Shown here piece after piece: positions 54,410 to 64,000 of a stretch of 64,000 bases of DNA. Positions within the stretch are counted from its first letter, which is position 1, and each line of letters starts with the position of its first letter. Both the position numbers and the translations under genes were made by a program. The stretch lies in IMG/VR virus record IMGVR_UViG_3300044295_000306. One strand, 5' to 3'. The notes under the pieces are model-generated. The model did not search any database and was not told the origin of the DNA. It worked only from the letters and a program-made list of their open reading frames with translations. This DNA comes from a virus. Taxonomy: Duplodnaviria > Heunggongvirae > Uroviricota > Caudoviricetes.

Positions 54410-54913
54410 TTATTTGAATCCTAATTCTTTAAGTTTTCTTATTGTTACTCTGATATTTACATGATGTATACCAATTCCACCCGCAGCATTAAATTCCTTT
54501 ATATTCTTCTCATAATCATCAATTAAAATATTCTGTTTATTACCTGATGTTGCGTAATCTTTCTTTTCATCTCTGGCTACGGCATGAAATCGATTCAAGG
54601 GAAGATGAAGATGTTTCTCAACCCAATCACGTTTTCCTTTTCTCGAATTATCGTCCCAATCAGCATAAGCAGTAAGAATATGTGCATTATATTTATTAAT
54701 ATAATTCCACAATGTCATAGAATTTTTCATTAAAGGCAAATTAGCCCAAAAATCTTCTGTCTGTGCTATCTTGTATTTTCTTTCAAATTTCTCTTTCTTA
54801 TCTTGATATGGTGCCTCAAAAGCATGTCCTAATACTTTTTCAGCACCACCAAGAAAATCTACTAGTACGCCGTCCATATCACAATAAATGATACCATAAT
54901 TATGTTTAATCAT
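54410..54913 (-). CDS. HAD-family 5'(3')-deoxyribonucleotidase
   Basis: N-terminal IIYCDMDGVLVDF HAD motif I. Confidence 0.6.
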   Translation of the reverse strand: MIKHNYGIIYCDMDGVLVDFLGGAEKVLGHAFEAPYQDKKEKFERKYKIAQTEDFWANLPLMKNSMTLWNYINKYNAHILTAYADWDDNSRKGKRDWVEKHLHLPLNRFHAVARDEKKDYATSGNKQNILIDDYEKNIKEFNAAGGIGIHHVNIRVTIRKLKELGFK

Positions 54914-55989
54914 TAAGCTTGTCTCAATATCAATGGTGTTAATGTTGGATCTTTAATAAACTTATCTTTCTTTCCTGTTAATTTAATATTCTTGTCTTTC
55001 ATCTTGTTTGGCTCTGTCTCAACAGATTCATTATATCTTTTCAATGCAGTAACGCCAAACTTTGAATATTTCGATGCATAATCTTGCTTGGCTTTTTCAG
55101 CAGATTCTACATCTTGATGATGGGATATATCTTTCGCTTTAGTTCTCCCTCTAGGAGAACTGCGGTCAGCTTTGAAAAAAACAGTGTATCTGTTTCCTTT
55201 TTGTCCTTCAGGAGACATAGGATGATTTACTGCTATCGCAACAAAACCAGATTTGTGATTTTTTTCTTTAGCTTCATTAACATGCTGTAAATCGACATTC
55301 CTGTTATCTTTTGAATATTGCTCCTTCATTTGCTTCTTCATTGCACTCTTAGCCAAATGCTTAACTCTTGAAAGTTGTGAGTGTTTTGCTCCAGACTTAT
55401 CAGTTACAGGTTCTTCCTTTTTCTTATAAGGTCCTTTAAATGGAGGCTCTTCTACTGCTTCACCCATTCTTTGTTTAGCTATACTCTTTACAACAGATAA
55501 TCTTGATACAGGTTGTGTTATCTTTGTCGCTTCACCGGGTGCAGTCTTATATGGCTTCTTATGTGTATCCATATGCTGTGAAGGTACCAAAACAGGAGCT
55601 TTAATCAATCTCTTTGGTGCACCAGATGAAAATCGACCTTGTTGTTCTGTTCCTTCCTGAACTGATCCCATATAATCATGTACAGTAGAAATATAATCTT
55701 GTGCTAATGTGATTTTTGATTGTACCCATTCTGGCAAATTATCATTGTCCTCAAGCATATCATGAAGTTCTTTCGCATCATGCATTATACTTCTGAGTTG
55801 TGTTTTTGCCATATCTCCTTCTTGATCATACTCATCTTCATCTTTTGCTTCCTTAACAGGCACACAATTAGGCACTTTCTTACCATTCTTCTCTTTCATA
55901 CCCACAGCCGTATAACCCGACCAGCAAGCATCTTTCAGCTTGCCAGTCGATTGTTTAATTTCAGAGATTGGTTTTGCCATATTACTCAC
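54913..55989 (-). CDS. hypothetical Lys-rich protein
   Basis: 358-aa ORF. Confidence 0.4.
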   Translation of the reverse strand: MSNMAKPISEIKQSTGKLKDACWSGYTAVGMKEKNGKKVPNCVPVKEAKDEDEYDQEGDMAKTQLRSIMHDAKELHDMLEDNDNLPEWVQSKITLAQDYISTVHDYMGSVQEGTEQQGRFSSGAPKRLIKAPVLVPSQHMDTHKKPYKTAPGEATKITQPVSRLSVVKSIAKQRMGEAVEEPPFKGPYKKKEEPVTDKSGAKHSQLSRVKHLAKSAMKKQMKEQYSKDNRNVDLQHVNEAKEKNHKSGFVAIAVNHPMSPEGQKGNRYTVFFKADRSSPRGRTKAKDISHHQDVESAEKAKQDYASKYSKFGVTALKRYNESVETEPNKMKDKNIKLTGKKDKFIKDPTLTPLILRQA

Positions 55990-57223
55990 CTTTAGCTGAC
56001 TTTGTAGCTGTAGCGTACATTACCTCTTTTGCTCTCTTACCATAGCGTTCCTTAAATCCAGCCATATTTTTCTTCATTGACTTAACAATTTCTTCTTTCT
56101 TTTCTGTCTCCGCTGGAGTCAATTCGCGCTCTTCAATCGCTTCAACTTCCTCTTTCGTCACAACTTTATGAGAAGCTTTTACAATCTTTTCACCAAATCT
56201 ATCTTTACCAACATTAATTAAAACATGATCAGGTTCTACTTTATGTACAATGCCTTTATATCCTGCACCACCTTTATATCTATATCCAGCATGAACCTTA
56301 TCACCAACCTTTAATTCAGATTTTTCTTCTTCTGTTAATTCAACTTCTTCATTCTCAACTTCTTCATTCTTAACAGCTTGCACTGATGCCTTAGCTACCT
56401 TTGCCTTTTCATCATCTTTAGCTGTTCCAGCTTCTTTTCTCTTTTGTTTTTCCAATTCTTTTGTGAATTGTTCATTGTCTGGCTCTTCTTCAATGATTTC
56501 TTCTAATATAACATGATCATATAATGCTTTCAATCCACCAGTTTTTAAATCTTCCATAATTTCTGAAAATGATTCACCTTGAAGCTTGACTTTATTTTTC
56601 GAACCTTTTGGACGTCCACGACCACGTTTTGGTGCTTCTGGCTCATCTGAATAAACTTTTGTGTCATAACGACGCACATTTGTACTACCTTTTGGACGTC
56701 CACGACCACGTTTTGGTGTATCAACACTTTTATTGTCATCATCTGATTCTGGTTCATCTTTTTGTGCTGAACCACCATATGCTGTTCCTGATACTTTACG
56801 AATATTAGTTGCTGCTGGTTTTGCGGGTGGATTTACTGGCTTACCAGCAGCTTTTGCTTTCGCGCGAGCAGCTTCTAAACGATCTTCAATACCTTCATTA
56901 ACATCATAACCTTTATGAGGTTTTAAAGATTTTACTTTTTGTTTATCGCTATCAAACCAATGTGGCATTCCACCACCTGCATCGCCATGATGATTATAAA
57001 CTTGCTGATCACCATATTTTTTAACATGATCATCAACAGCTTTAGCAAATTCTGGCGATAAACCATGTTTATGATATAAAGGAAGAACTTCCCTTTTATA
57101 ATGTTGATAACTTGGTTTTACAGCTTCATTAATATCTAATTTCTTTTGCATACCCTTAAGATCCTCTTGCATAATTTTTGCTGCTGCTTCGGCAATATTT
57201 TTTGTTAGTTTATCATTAAACAT
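55982..57223 (-). CDS. AT-hook DNA-binding protein
   Basis: two KRGRGRPKGS AT-hook motifs, Lys/Glu-rich. Confidence 0.45.
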   Translation of the reverse strand: MFNDKLTKNIAEAAAKIMQEDLKGMQKKLDINEAVKPSYQHYKREVLPLYHKHGLSPEFAKAVDDHVKKYGDQQVYNHHGDAGGGMPHWFDSDKQKVKSLKPHKGYDVNEGIEDRLEAARAKAKAAGKPVNPPAKPAATNIRKVSGTAYGGSAQKDEPESDDDNKSVDTPKRGRGRPKGSTNVRRYDTKVYSDEPEAPKRGRGRPKGSKNKVKLQGESFSEIMEDLKTGGLKALYDHVILEEIIEEEPDNEQFTKELEKQKRKEAGTAKDDEKAKVAKASVQAVKNEEVENEEVELTEEEKSELKVGDKVHAGYRYKGGAGYKGIVHKVEPDHVLINVGKDRFGEKIVKASHKVVTKEEVEAIEERELTPAETEKKEEIVKSMKKNMAGFKERYGKRAKEVMYATATKSAKGE

Positions 57224-57767
57224 TTTTATTTCCTTTTCTTATTAATTTAATTCTTATATGCAATTGATACTGCTTTCACATCACTACCCGTATCAACTTG
57301 CAATGTCTCTGTTCTATCTTTTTCAATAATGACTTCACTGTTGGTTAATAATGTAATTGTTCCTGTATTTGTTCCGGAGCCATCGGCGATAGTTATCAAA
57401 TGCTCTTGTGAACCAATATGTACAAGTCTAACAACGACAGCATTATTAACAGTTGTGTTTGATGCTGAATTTAATGTTTGCTCTCGACTCAAAACTCTTA
57501 TTAACACTTTAATCCTCTTCTATTTCGATTATTAAATCTTCTTTACCTTTTATTATCCTGTGAAACACTTCTTTTTCCACATAATACACCATATTCTCTT
57601 CCATTACAACAGGCATTTCATTATCCATCTGTAATTTCCAATCAATACCACTTAAAACTTTTATCTTTCTATCTTTCCTATCACGATGCCAAATCAATTC
57701 ACTCTCATCAACATCTTTCGAAAAAATACGATTTATAACACTTCCTGTTCTCGTATCATTATATGGA

Positions 57768-58346
57768 TTACCAATAGAAGTTTCCACCACCAGATAATCC
57801 TAAACTCTTTGCGTATCGAGGAGTATTACATGCCCAATATGCAGCACTTGTTCTATCTTTCTGAATAGAACACTTATGCCTTGCAGCAAATGACTTTCTT
57901 CTCTCAGGATTATTCATCTTAACAGATAATCCTGTAGTATCACCCCAACTTACTTTCTTGATACCACCATCAGGTTTCCTCACATATACATAAAACTTCT
58001 TAGTTCCACCACGCTTTGGCTGTCCAATAGGAGGATGCTTCTCTTCCTCTTCAATCATAGGACAATCTAATGGTACCATTTTACCTTCATGTTCAACAAT
58101 AATACCTAAATCAGTTTCTCTTAAAATAGAAAGATCAAGATTAGTTAATGATGAATGATCAAATGCACCATTATTCAACATCTCTCTTGCTTCACGAAAT
58201 AATTGAAAATATTTCTCTGAACCAACTCGAAAAATAGATTCAATCAATGGTACTTGTTCTTTTACATGCCAGTCAATAGCCTCACTTATAGTTGTCTCTT
58301 GAAGCTTTTCATCTAATTCAGTAAGATAATTCTTAAGATTTTTCAT
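57768..58346 (-). CDS. hypothetical protein
   Basis: 192-aa ORF. Confidence 0.4.
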   Translation of the reverse strand: MKNLKNYLTELDEKLQETTISEAIDWHVKEQVPLIESIFRVGSEKYFQLFREAREMLNNGAFDHSSLTNLDLSILRETDLGIIVEHEGKMVPLDCPMIEEEEKHPPIGQPKRGGTKKFYVYVRKPDGGIKKVSWGDTTGLSVKMNNPERRKSFAARHKCSIQKDRTSAAYWACNTPRYAKSLGLSGGGNFYW

Positions 58347-58347
58347 G

Positions 58348-60315
58348 TTAATCCCTTGTGCTTCCCAATGGAGGTCTTAAAAATTCAGGTCCATCTATTG
58401 CATCATCCTGATCCGTTTTACCAAACTCATCATCAATGTTTTGTGGCTTTAGATTTAATTTAATCTTCAATTTATTTAAACTGATTTTTTTGTGTACTTT
58501 CTCTTTTTCTTCGGCAATTTCTTGATATCCGTTTCTTCCATCTTCTTTTCTGGTACTATAGCTATTTCCTCTATCACTATAGATTCTTCCTTCTGAAATA
58601 ACTTTTTTACCTTCTCTATTAAAGCTTTCATTAGTATTCTCCGTTTCTGATATATCAGAATTATCGATTGTTGATATTCTTGTTTCTGTATCTTCTTCAC
58701 TTATGTCTGTTCCTAAAAGAAGCAATCTTCTTGAAGAATCATCAGACAATCCATAAGACTCTGAAATAATTTCATCAAAATCATCATCAATACTTTCTTT
58801 TACACCTTTAACAACAGGTACTAATCTATCATGAATGCTATGATACATAGTTTTACCATCTTTACCATATCTTCCAAAACCATAATATTCTAGACCCATC
58901 TGTTGTGCTTGTGCCGATGCATTAGAACCAGCTGGTGGTTTTTGTTTAGATACTTGAAGATTATCAGATGATTTTAATTGACCACCAATCCAGCTTTTAG
59001 CTTGTTCACCATTAACTGGCTTATCGATCCATTTATTAACATTTTTGAAAATACTCAAAAGCTCTTCTGTTTTTTGTTTTTTCAATTCATCTGGTACTTT
59101 ATCTGATTTCAAATCTATATCATTATCAAATTCGAGAAAATCATCACCAAACATATCCTTGAAAGCATCTTTAGATTTCTGAACACCTTCCCACTTTGCT
59201 TTTCTGAAGGGTTCTTTCACTTCTCTACTACCACTAGCACCACGTTTCTTGTTTCTTTCTTGGGATGTTTCATCAGAAGTAGTGACTAATATCATCTTGG
59301 TTTCATAACCAAGTTTTTTCAATACATCATTTAATTGACCATATTTTTCTGGATCATCACCAGTTCCATTTATAATTAAACCATTTCTTCCAGATATAGC
59401 CAATCTTTGACGAAGTTCTTTAATATTCTTCGCTTTACCTCTTAACACATCACGTTGCTGATCTTCTGAATCGGGCATCTTCTTATCTAAACCATTTTGA
59501 TCCATTAGATACTCAAATGCTTTGTCTGAATTAATCTCAATCAATCCTGATGTGGTACTAGTACCATATGCTGCATTGCCCGATTCACCAAAAATAGACT
59601 TCATCACAAAGTCTTTACCCGATCCTGGACCACCTGCCATGAAAACAGCTTTAAATATACCTCTATCATGAACACCTTCAGTAAGCATCTGATCAAATGC
59701 TTCATTTACAGATTCATGTAATCCCATACCTTTTCTAACATCATGATACATCTCTTTGGCATGTTCATGTGATACATGAGAAGGTATACCTTTTTTAAAT
59801 TCGTTATAATTACCATTCTTAGCATGTTCGCGCATCTTGGATGCTGACATACCTTCTGTTCCTTCCGCATCCGGATCACGTTCACCAGAACTATGAACAG
59901 TTATCTTTTTGAAATTATATAATGCACCTTTATGGGTACCATTGTATTGATGAAGCTTTTTCTTATATTCTTCAGTGCGATCTGAACCTGCAATCATGTG
60001 AAGATGAGTAACACCTGCTTTATGAAGTTTAGCAGCATGTTGAAGGAATGTTGGATGTTCTTTGGTAGCTACCGATATATTGGTATTTGGAAATGCTCGT
60101 TTAGCATGTTTTTGCTTCTGAGCGGCTGAAAGAGGATTTTTAGCTTTATCCTGGGATGCTGAAAGAACAACATGATGTTCTCCACCAACTTCCTTGGCTA
60201 TCTCTTTAACCTTATTGACTAATTTTTCATGACCGGTAGTTGGAGGATTCATGCGTCCAAACGCTAAGACGCCGTGTTTTTCCTCGGATTCTAATAGGAA
60301 TTCTTTAAATTTCAT
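58348..60315 (-). CDS. NadR-like bifunctional protein: NMN adenylyltransferase-type nucleotidyltransferase + P-loop kinase, acidic C-terminal tail
   Basis: N-terminal GVLAFGRMNPPTTGHEKL (HxGH-type) and internal GGPGSGKDF Walker A. Confidence 0.5.
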   Translation of the reverse strand: MKFKEFLLESEEKHGVLAFGRMNPPTTGHEKLVNKVKEIAKEVGGEHHVVLSASQDKAKNPLSAAQKQKHAKRAFPNTNISVATKEHPTFLQHAAKLHKAGVTHLHMIAGSDRTEEYKKKLHQYNGTHKGALYNFKKITVHSSGERDPDAEGTEGMSASKMREHAKNGNYNEFKKGIPSHVSHEHAKEMYHDVRKGMGLHESVNEAFDQMLTEGVHDRGIFKAVFMAGGPGSGKDFVMKSIFGESGNAAYGTSTTSGLIEINSDKAFEYLMDQNGLDKKMPDSEDQQRDVLRGKAKNIKELRQRLAISGRNGLIINGTGDDPEKYGQLNDVLKKLGYETKMILVTTSDETSQERNKKRGASGSREVKEPFRKAKWEGVQKSKDAFKDMFGDDFLEFDNDIDLKSDKVPDELKKQKTEELLSIFKNVNKWIDKPVNGEQAKSWIGGQLKSSDNLQVSKQKPPAGSNASAQAQQMGLEYYGFGRYGKDGKTMYHSIHDRLVPVVKGVKESIDDDFDEIISESYGLSDDSSRRLLLLGTDISEEDTETRISTIDNSDISETENTNESFNREGKKVISEGRIYSDRGNSYSTRKEDGRNGYQEIAEEKEKVHKKISLNKLKIKLNLKPQNIDDEFGKTDQDDAIDGPEFLRPPLGSTRD

Positions 60316-60344
60316 TTTGCCTCTACAGCAAATAAGGGTTTTTA

Positions 60345-61439
60345 TTATTTATAATCTTTTTCTTTTCTATACTTTGCCATAGCTGATCCTATTACCTGAT
60401 GCATATCATAGTACATATACTCAGAAAGTCTACCTCCAAAGATAACATTACTCTCATTTGCAGCTTTTTCTTTGTATTTTGTGTAATTTGTATTGTTTTT
60501 TTCGTCATTTATAGGATAATAAGGAATATCATTTCTACCACATGATACGGGATATTCTTTGGTTATGATAGTATATTTGGATGATACACCGGTAAAATGC
60601 TTATGTTCTACTATTCTTGTCCAGGGTACATCCAATGAAGGATAATTAACCATAGCAGTACCTTGATAGTTCTCTACATCAAGTTTTTCATGGACAAAAG
60701 ATAATCCACGATACTCTAAATCACCATATTCATAATCAAAGTATTCATCTATCTTACCGGTATATACAACTCTTTTTGTCATTCTTGTCAGATACTCTCT
60801 ATCTGATAAAAAATCGGTATTTAATTGAACATCGATTCCATCTAACATTCTTTCAAACAGTTTGTCATATCCATCGACGGGTATGCCTTGATATCTATCA
60901 TTAAAATAATTATTATCGTAGGTATATCTAACTGGTAATCGTTTGATGATAAAAGATGGTAAGTCTTTTGGTTCTTTTTTCCATTGTTTTTGGGTATAAC
61001 CTTTGATTAGAAGATCATATATTTCTTTACCTACCAGACTTAAAGCTTGTTCTTCTAGATTGGATGGTATACCTTTAAACTTTTGTTTTTCGATGATTGC
61101 TTTAGCGTCATCTGGTTTAATGATATTCCATATCTCTTGAAATGTATTCATATTGAATGGTAATGAGTATAATCTACCATTCACAAATGATTTAGGAGTT
61201 AGGATGAAGTTATTAAATTCAGAAAACTTATTGACAAAAGACCAGATATCTTTGGAATTCGTATGAAAAATATGTGGTCCGTATTGATGAACATCGATAT
61301 CTAAAGTTCTTGAACTGTATGCATTTCCGCCAATATGTGATCTTTTATCAAGTACAAGACATTTTTTACCATCATCTGTTGCTAGTCTTGCAAAAGTGGA
61401 ACCAAAAAAACCAGATCCCACAATCAAATAATCATACAT
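60345..61439 (-). CDS. glf: UDP-galactopyranose mutase
   Basis: N-terminal FAD site YDYLIVGSGFFGSTFA...HIGGNAYS. Confidence 0.75.
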   Translation of the reverse strand: MYDYLIVGSGFFGSTFARLATDDGKKCLVLDKRSHIGGNAYSSRTLDIDVHQYGPHIFHTNSKDIWSFVNKFSEFNNFILTPKSFVNGRLYSLPFNMNTFQEIWNIIKPDDAKAIIEKQKFKGIPSNLEEQALSLVGKEIYDLLIKGYTQKQWKKEPKDLPSFIIKRLPVRYTYDNNYFNDRYQGIPVDGYDKLFERMLDGIDVQLNTDFLSDREYLTRMTKRVVYTGKIDEYFDYEYGDLEYRGLSFVHEKLDVENYQGTAMVNYPSLDVPWTRIVEHKHFTGVSSKYTIITKEYPVSCGRNDIPYYPINDEKNNTNYTKYKEKAANESNVIFGGRLSEYMYYDMHQVIGSAMAKYRKEKDYK

Positions 61440-62241
61440 TCATTATTTTCCTATACAAATTCTGAAATTCATTACCTTCCATTTTGTCAAACATATGAAT
61501 AAATGGAGGATAATTATTCATTTCTATATTCTGTCCACCTTCTGTTTGCAGCTTGGATGGAACATCAATATTAGATGAATAATTGAATGTCATTATAGGA
61601 TATTCATCAAATTCGACTGGCTCAATACCAAAATGAGCATAACTGATAGCAAAAAGAATTTCATCTACTCTGCCGCCACGGAAATATCTTTTACATTTAT
61701 ACTTATCATAATTAAAAAATACATGCTTGGCGCACTCAAAGAATGGTGTAAGAAAAGTATTTTTTCTCAAATAGAAAAATCCACCATGTACATGAGGAAC
61801 ATGCTTACCAACTTCTTTAGATACTTCTCCAATAGTACCCCAATGCCAATTTGGATCATTGATTCTACCTTGCATAACAATACCGTAATTGTTATTCTGA
61901 CAGAAATTCCAAACATGATCGGGATTATACTGACACAAAACATCACTATCCACAATGATGTTTTCGTCGTAAGGTATGTAATAATCGAAATTAACTCGTG
62001 GATATAGACAATACTTCTCAAAGTTTGTCTCACATTGATAATATAAACCAGATAAAGGTTCAAATGAAACTAACTTATCAAATAATTCTTTTTCTTTTGC
62101 GTAATCTTTATCTTCATCATGAACTAATAGACTTATAGGTCTTTGATCACCTGATTTTCGTATAGTATTTGCTAAGAGACAGCATTCATCAATATATCTT
62201 TTTCCTAAAGCAATTAAAAAATAGCCTTGACTCATTTCCAC
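61432..62241 (-). CDS. putative glycosyltransferase
   Basis: position in sugar cluster; weak. Confidence 0.3.
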   Translation of the reverse strand: MEMSQGYFLIALGKRYIDECCLLANTIRKSGDQRPISLLVHDEDKDYAKEKELFDKLVSFEPLSGLYYQCETNFEKYCLYPRVNFDYYIPYDENIIVDSDVLCQYNPDHVWNFCQNNNYGIVMQGRINDPNWHWGTIGEVSKEVGKHVPHVHGGFFYLRKNTFLTPFFECAKHVFFNYDKYKCKRYFRGGRVDEILFAISYAHFGIEPVEFDEYPIMTFNYSSNIDVPSKLQTEGGQNIEMNNYPPFIHMFDKMEGNEFQNLYRKIMNV

Positions 62242-62873
62242 GATTCCAAATTAATGTTAAGTTCATTTATTCTTTTAATAATATTTCTTTCTTTTTCTTC
62301 TATTTCTAATTTCTTCACAAAGAATCTGGAATGCCATTCAACAGCAATGAAATTAACTCTTTCCATGATATTATCATTAATCATCTTTTCAAGAGTTTCA
62401 TATTCTGAACCCTCAATGTCCATCTTGATTATCAAAGTATCATCTTCTTTGAAGTTCTTAGAAATGAAATCGGATAGATCAATACATGGAACAGTAGCCT
62501 TTGTATTAAAATTTTGACGTAATTCACCGCCCCAAGGATTCCAGTTATCAAGATCAATCACAGAAGAACCCATTCCTGTTGCATCTTCATTGGGAGGTGT
62601 CTCAATATTAACAGTCAATGTGCCATAATGAGCAGAAACAGCTTCATTGTGTGGTATTACCCAAGGTGTTAATTTATGATATTCATCCATAAAGACTTTA
62701 TAGGTATTAGGATTAGCTTCGAATGTATGGATAATCCAACTGCTATCCATTTTGAATCTATCAATAAACTCTCTTAAACCTTGTCCATAATGAGTTCCTA
62801 AATCAAGAAATATATTCATTTTTTCTCCAATTCTTCCTGAATATATTTTAAAATGTTTCCCTTTGGAATCCAT
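62232..62873 (-). CDS. FkbM-family methyltransferase
   Basis: LIIKMDIEGSEYETL FkbM motif. Confidence 0.6.
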   Translation of the reverse strand: MDSKGKHFKIYSGRIGEKMNIFLDLGTHYGQGLREFIDRFKMDSSWIIHTFEANPNTYKVFMDEYHKLTPWVIPHNEAVSAHYGTLTVNIETPPNEDATGMGSSVIDLDNWNPWGGELRQNFNTKATVPCIDLSDFISKNFKEDDTLIIKMDIEGSEYETLEKMINDNIMERVNFIAVEWHSRFFVKKLEIEEKERNIIKRINELNINLESWK

Positions 62874-63727
62874 CCAAGAAGTTTATGTGCTTTTGTAGTA
62901 TTAGCCAATGTTTCTTTAGCTTCACCAATTCTAGGTGGAATAAACTTGATAGAATCTGATATTTTCATAGCTAATTCTAATACAGAATGATTAAGACCTG
63001 TACCTATATTAATCAATTCACCTTTATACACTGTTCCTTCTTTAATCTTGTCCATAGCTCTAATATTAGCATCAACTACATCATATACATGCGTAAAATC
63101 TCTTCGTTGACTACCATCACCAACAATAGTTAAAGGTTGATTATCTTTTCTCTGTCTCAAGAAAAGTCCAACAACAGGTGCATAAGGACCTTTAATAGGT
63201 TCTCTCGGACCATATACATTAAAATATCTGAAAACTACTGTAGATAAACCAAACAAATCTGAATACATTTTACATAGTTTTTCACCCGATACTTTAGAAA
63301 CTGAATAAGGATTTAAACAATCATCAGATAATTCTTCATGTAACGCACCTTTATTTCTCAATCCATACGCAGAAGATGTTGATGAGTATATAACTCCTTT
63401 AACACCAGCTTCTCTTGCACATTGTAATACGGTTCCTGTACCTAATGTATTAGTTTTAATAGCTAGAATGGGATTTTCAATAGCTGGCTGAATTCTTGAC
63501 TCAGCCGCTAAATGAAACACAAAATCAACGTCATTGTATAGATTTCGTGTTGATTCATAATCAGTTATATCAAATGGATAATAATCAGCTTCTCTATTAT
63601 AATAAAATCTCTCATGAACTGTTGATGATTCATTATCAATAACTTTAACTTTATAACCTTTATCAACAAGTTGATCAACTATATGTGATCCAATAAATCC
63701 AGCTCCACCTGTAACAATAACATTCAT
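62816..63727 (-). CDS. NAD-dependent epimerase/dehydratase (UDP-sugar 4-epimerase-like)
   Basis: VTGGAGFIGSH Rossmann motif; SDR catalytic YxxxK region. Confidence 0.8.
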   Translation of the reverse strand: MNVIVTGGAGFIGSHIVDQLVDKGYKVKVIDNESSTVHERFYYNREADYYPFDITDYESTRNLYNDVDFVFHLAAESRIQPAIENPILAIKTNTLGTGTVLQCAREAGVKGVIYSSTSSAYGLRNKGALHEELSDDCLNPYSVSKVSGEKLCKMYSDLFGLSTVVFRYFNVYGPREPIKGPYAPVVGLFLRQRKDNQPLTIVGDGSQRRDFTHVYDVVDANIRAMDKIKEGTVYKGELINIGTGLNHSVLELAMKISDSIKFIPPRIGEAKETLANTTKAHKLLGWIPKGNILKYIQEELEKK

Positions 63728-63728
63728 A

Positions 63729-63929
63729 TTAAACTCCAGTATTAAAAATAATCTGCTTCACTTCATCTTTAAATCTTGTGTAATCTATTTTTATATCTCT
63801 ACCACTTTGTTGCATTATCTTTGGATATACATTCTTGAACAATTCATCCATTTCACTAAACGCTTTATACTTATCATACTCACTACCAGTCTCTGGACGA
63901 GGTGGATGAAACATCTTGATAAAATGCAA
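63729..63929 (-). CDS. hypothetical protein
   Basis: 66-aa ORF. Confidence 0.3.
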   Translation of the reverse strand: MHFIKMFHPPRPETGSEYDKYKAFSEMDELFKNVYPKIMQQSGRDIKIDYTRFKDEVKQIIFNTGV

Positions 63930-64000
63930 TACAGCGGGATCAGTCTCTAGATATTCTGATAATATACAATCTATACCCCAGCCAGTATAAACATCATATG

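Noticed and set aside
1-64000. Giant eukaryotic virus (mimivirus-like) origin, suggested by collagen-like repeats, pentapeptide repeats, many tRNAs, glycosylation genes and AT-richness
   Set aside because: Dozens of exact TTGACA-17-TATAAT promoters, AGGAGG-type Shine-Dalgarno sites and ATGA coupling argue for a bacterial host. So do bacterial-type tRNA-Tyr and tRNA-Ser with long variable arms, tRNA-His with encoded G-1/C73, encoded CCA ends, the GH19 endolysin, lipobox lipoproteins and GIY-YIG endonucleases. No mimivirus AAAATTGA-type promoter motif is present.

Overview
This AT-rich 64 kb window (roughly one-third G+C by eye) reads as part of a large tailed bacteriophage genome, not a cellular or eukaryotic-virus genome. 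The evidence for that is: (i) more than 30 near-consensus bacterial sigma70 promoters (TTGACA, 17 bp, TATAAT), all on the minus strand; (ii) AGGAGG-type Shine-Dalgarno sites and ATGA/TAATG translational coupling; (iii) about 30 minus-strand tRNA genes with encoded CCA, including long-variable-arm tRNA-Tyr and tRNA-Ser and a tRNA-His with encoded G-1 and C73; (iv) a GH19 endolysin next to lipobox lipoproteins. Almost every gene is on the minus strand. Only three convincing plus-strand genes exist: an S-adenosylmethionine decarboxylase-like gene, a homing-endonuclease-like gene and Dps.

Content from left to right:
- Small early-type genes, two S-adenosylmethionine decarboxylase-like genes, a 2OG-Fe(II) oxygenase, a TROVE/vWA protein, a metallophosphatase and GIY-YIG homing endonucleases, interspersed with tRNAs.
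- The main tRNA cluster at 8.1-11.4 kb. It includes degenerate tRNA-like elements embedded in long flanking inverted repeats, a 53-nt minihelix, and a GC-rich island with a plus-strand endonuclease-like gene.
- ATP-dependent DNA ligase and a DexA-like 3'-5' exonuclease.
- A roughly 14 kb host-takeover-like region (16.4-30.3 kb) of small genes. Each is preceded by the same ~45-nt promoter/5'UTR module. It contains a six-member pentapeptide-repeat protein family with a shared N-terminus, two small proteins with a ribosomal bL12 C-terminal-domain-like motif, a Lar-like anti-restriction protein and an AAA ATPase.
- Secreted/lipoprotein genes (DUF1311, SPFH), an Rnl2-like RNA ligase fused to a tRNA-binding OB domain, and a Cys-repeat secreted protein.
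- Nucleotide metabolism and replication: Dps, NrdB, NrdA, ThyX, primase.
- A lysis cassette with GH19 endolysin.
- A collagen-like repeat tail fibre and structural genes.
- A dNMP nucleotidase, an AT-hook protein and a NadR-like NMNAT/kinase.
- A glycan-modification cluster (UDP-galactopyranose mutase, glycosyltransferase, FkbM methyltransferase, epimerase).

All tRNA isotype calls were made by hand-folding and need confirmation with tRNAscan-SE or ARAGORN.
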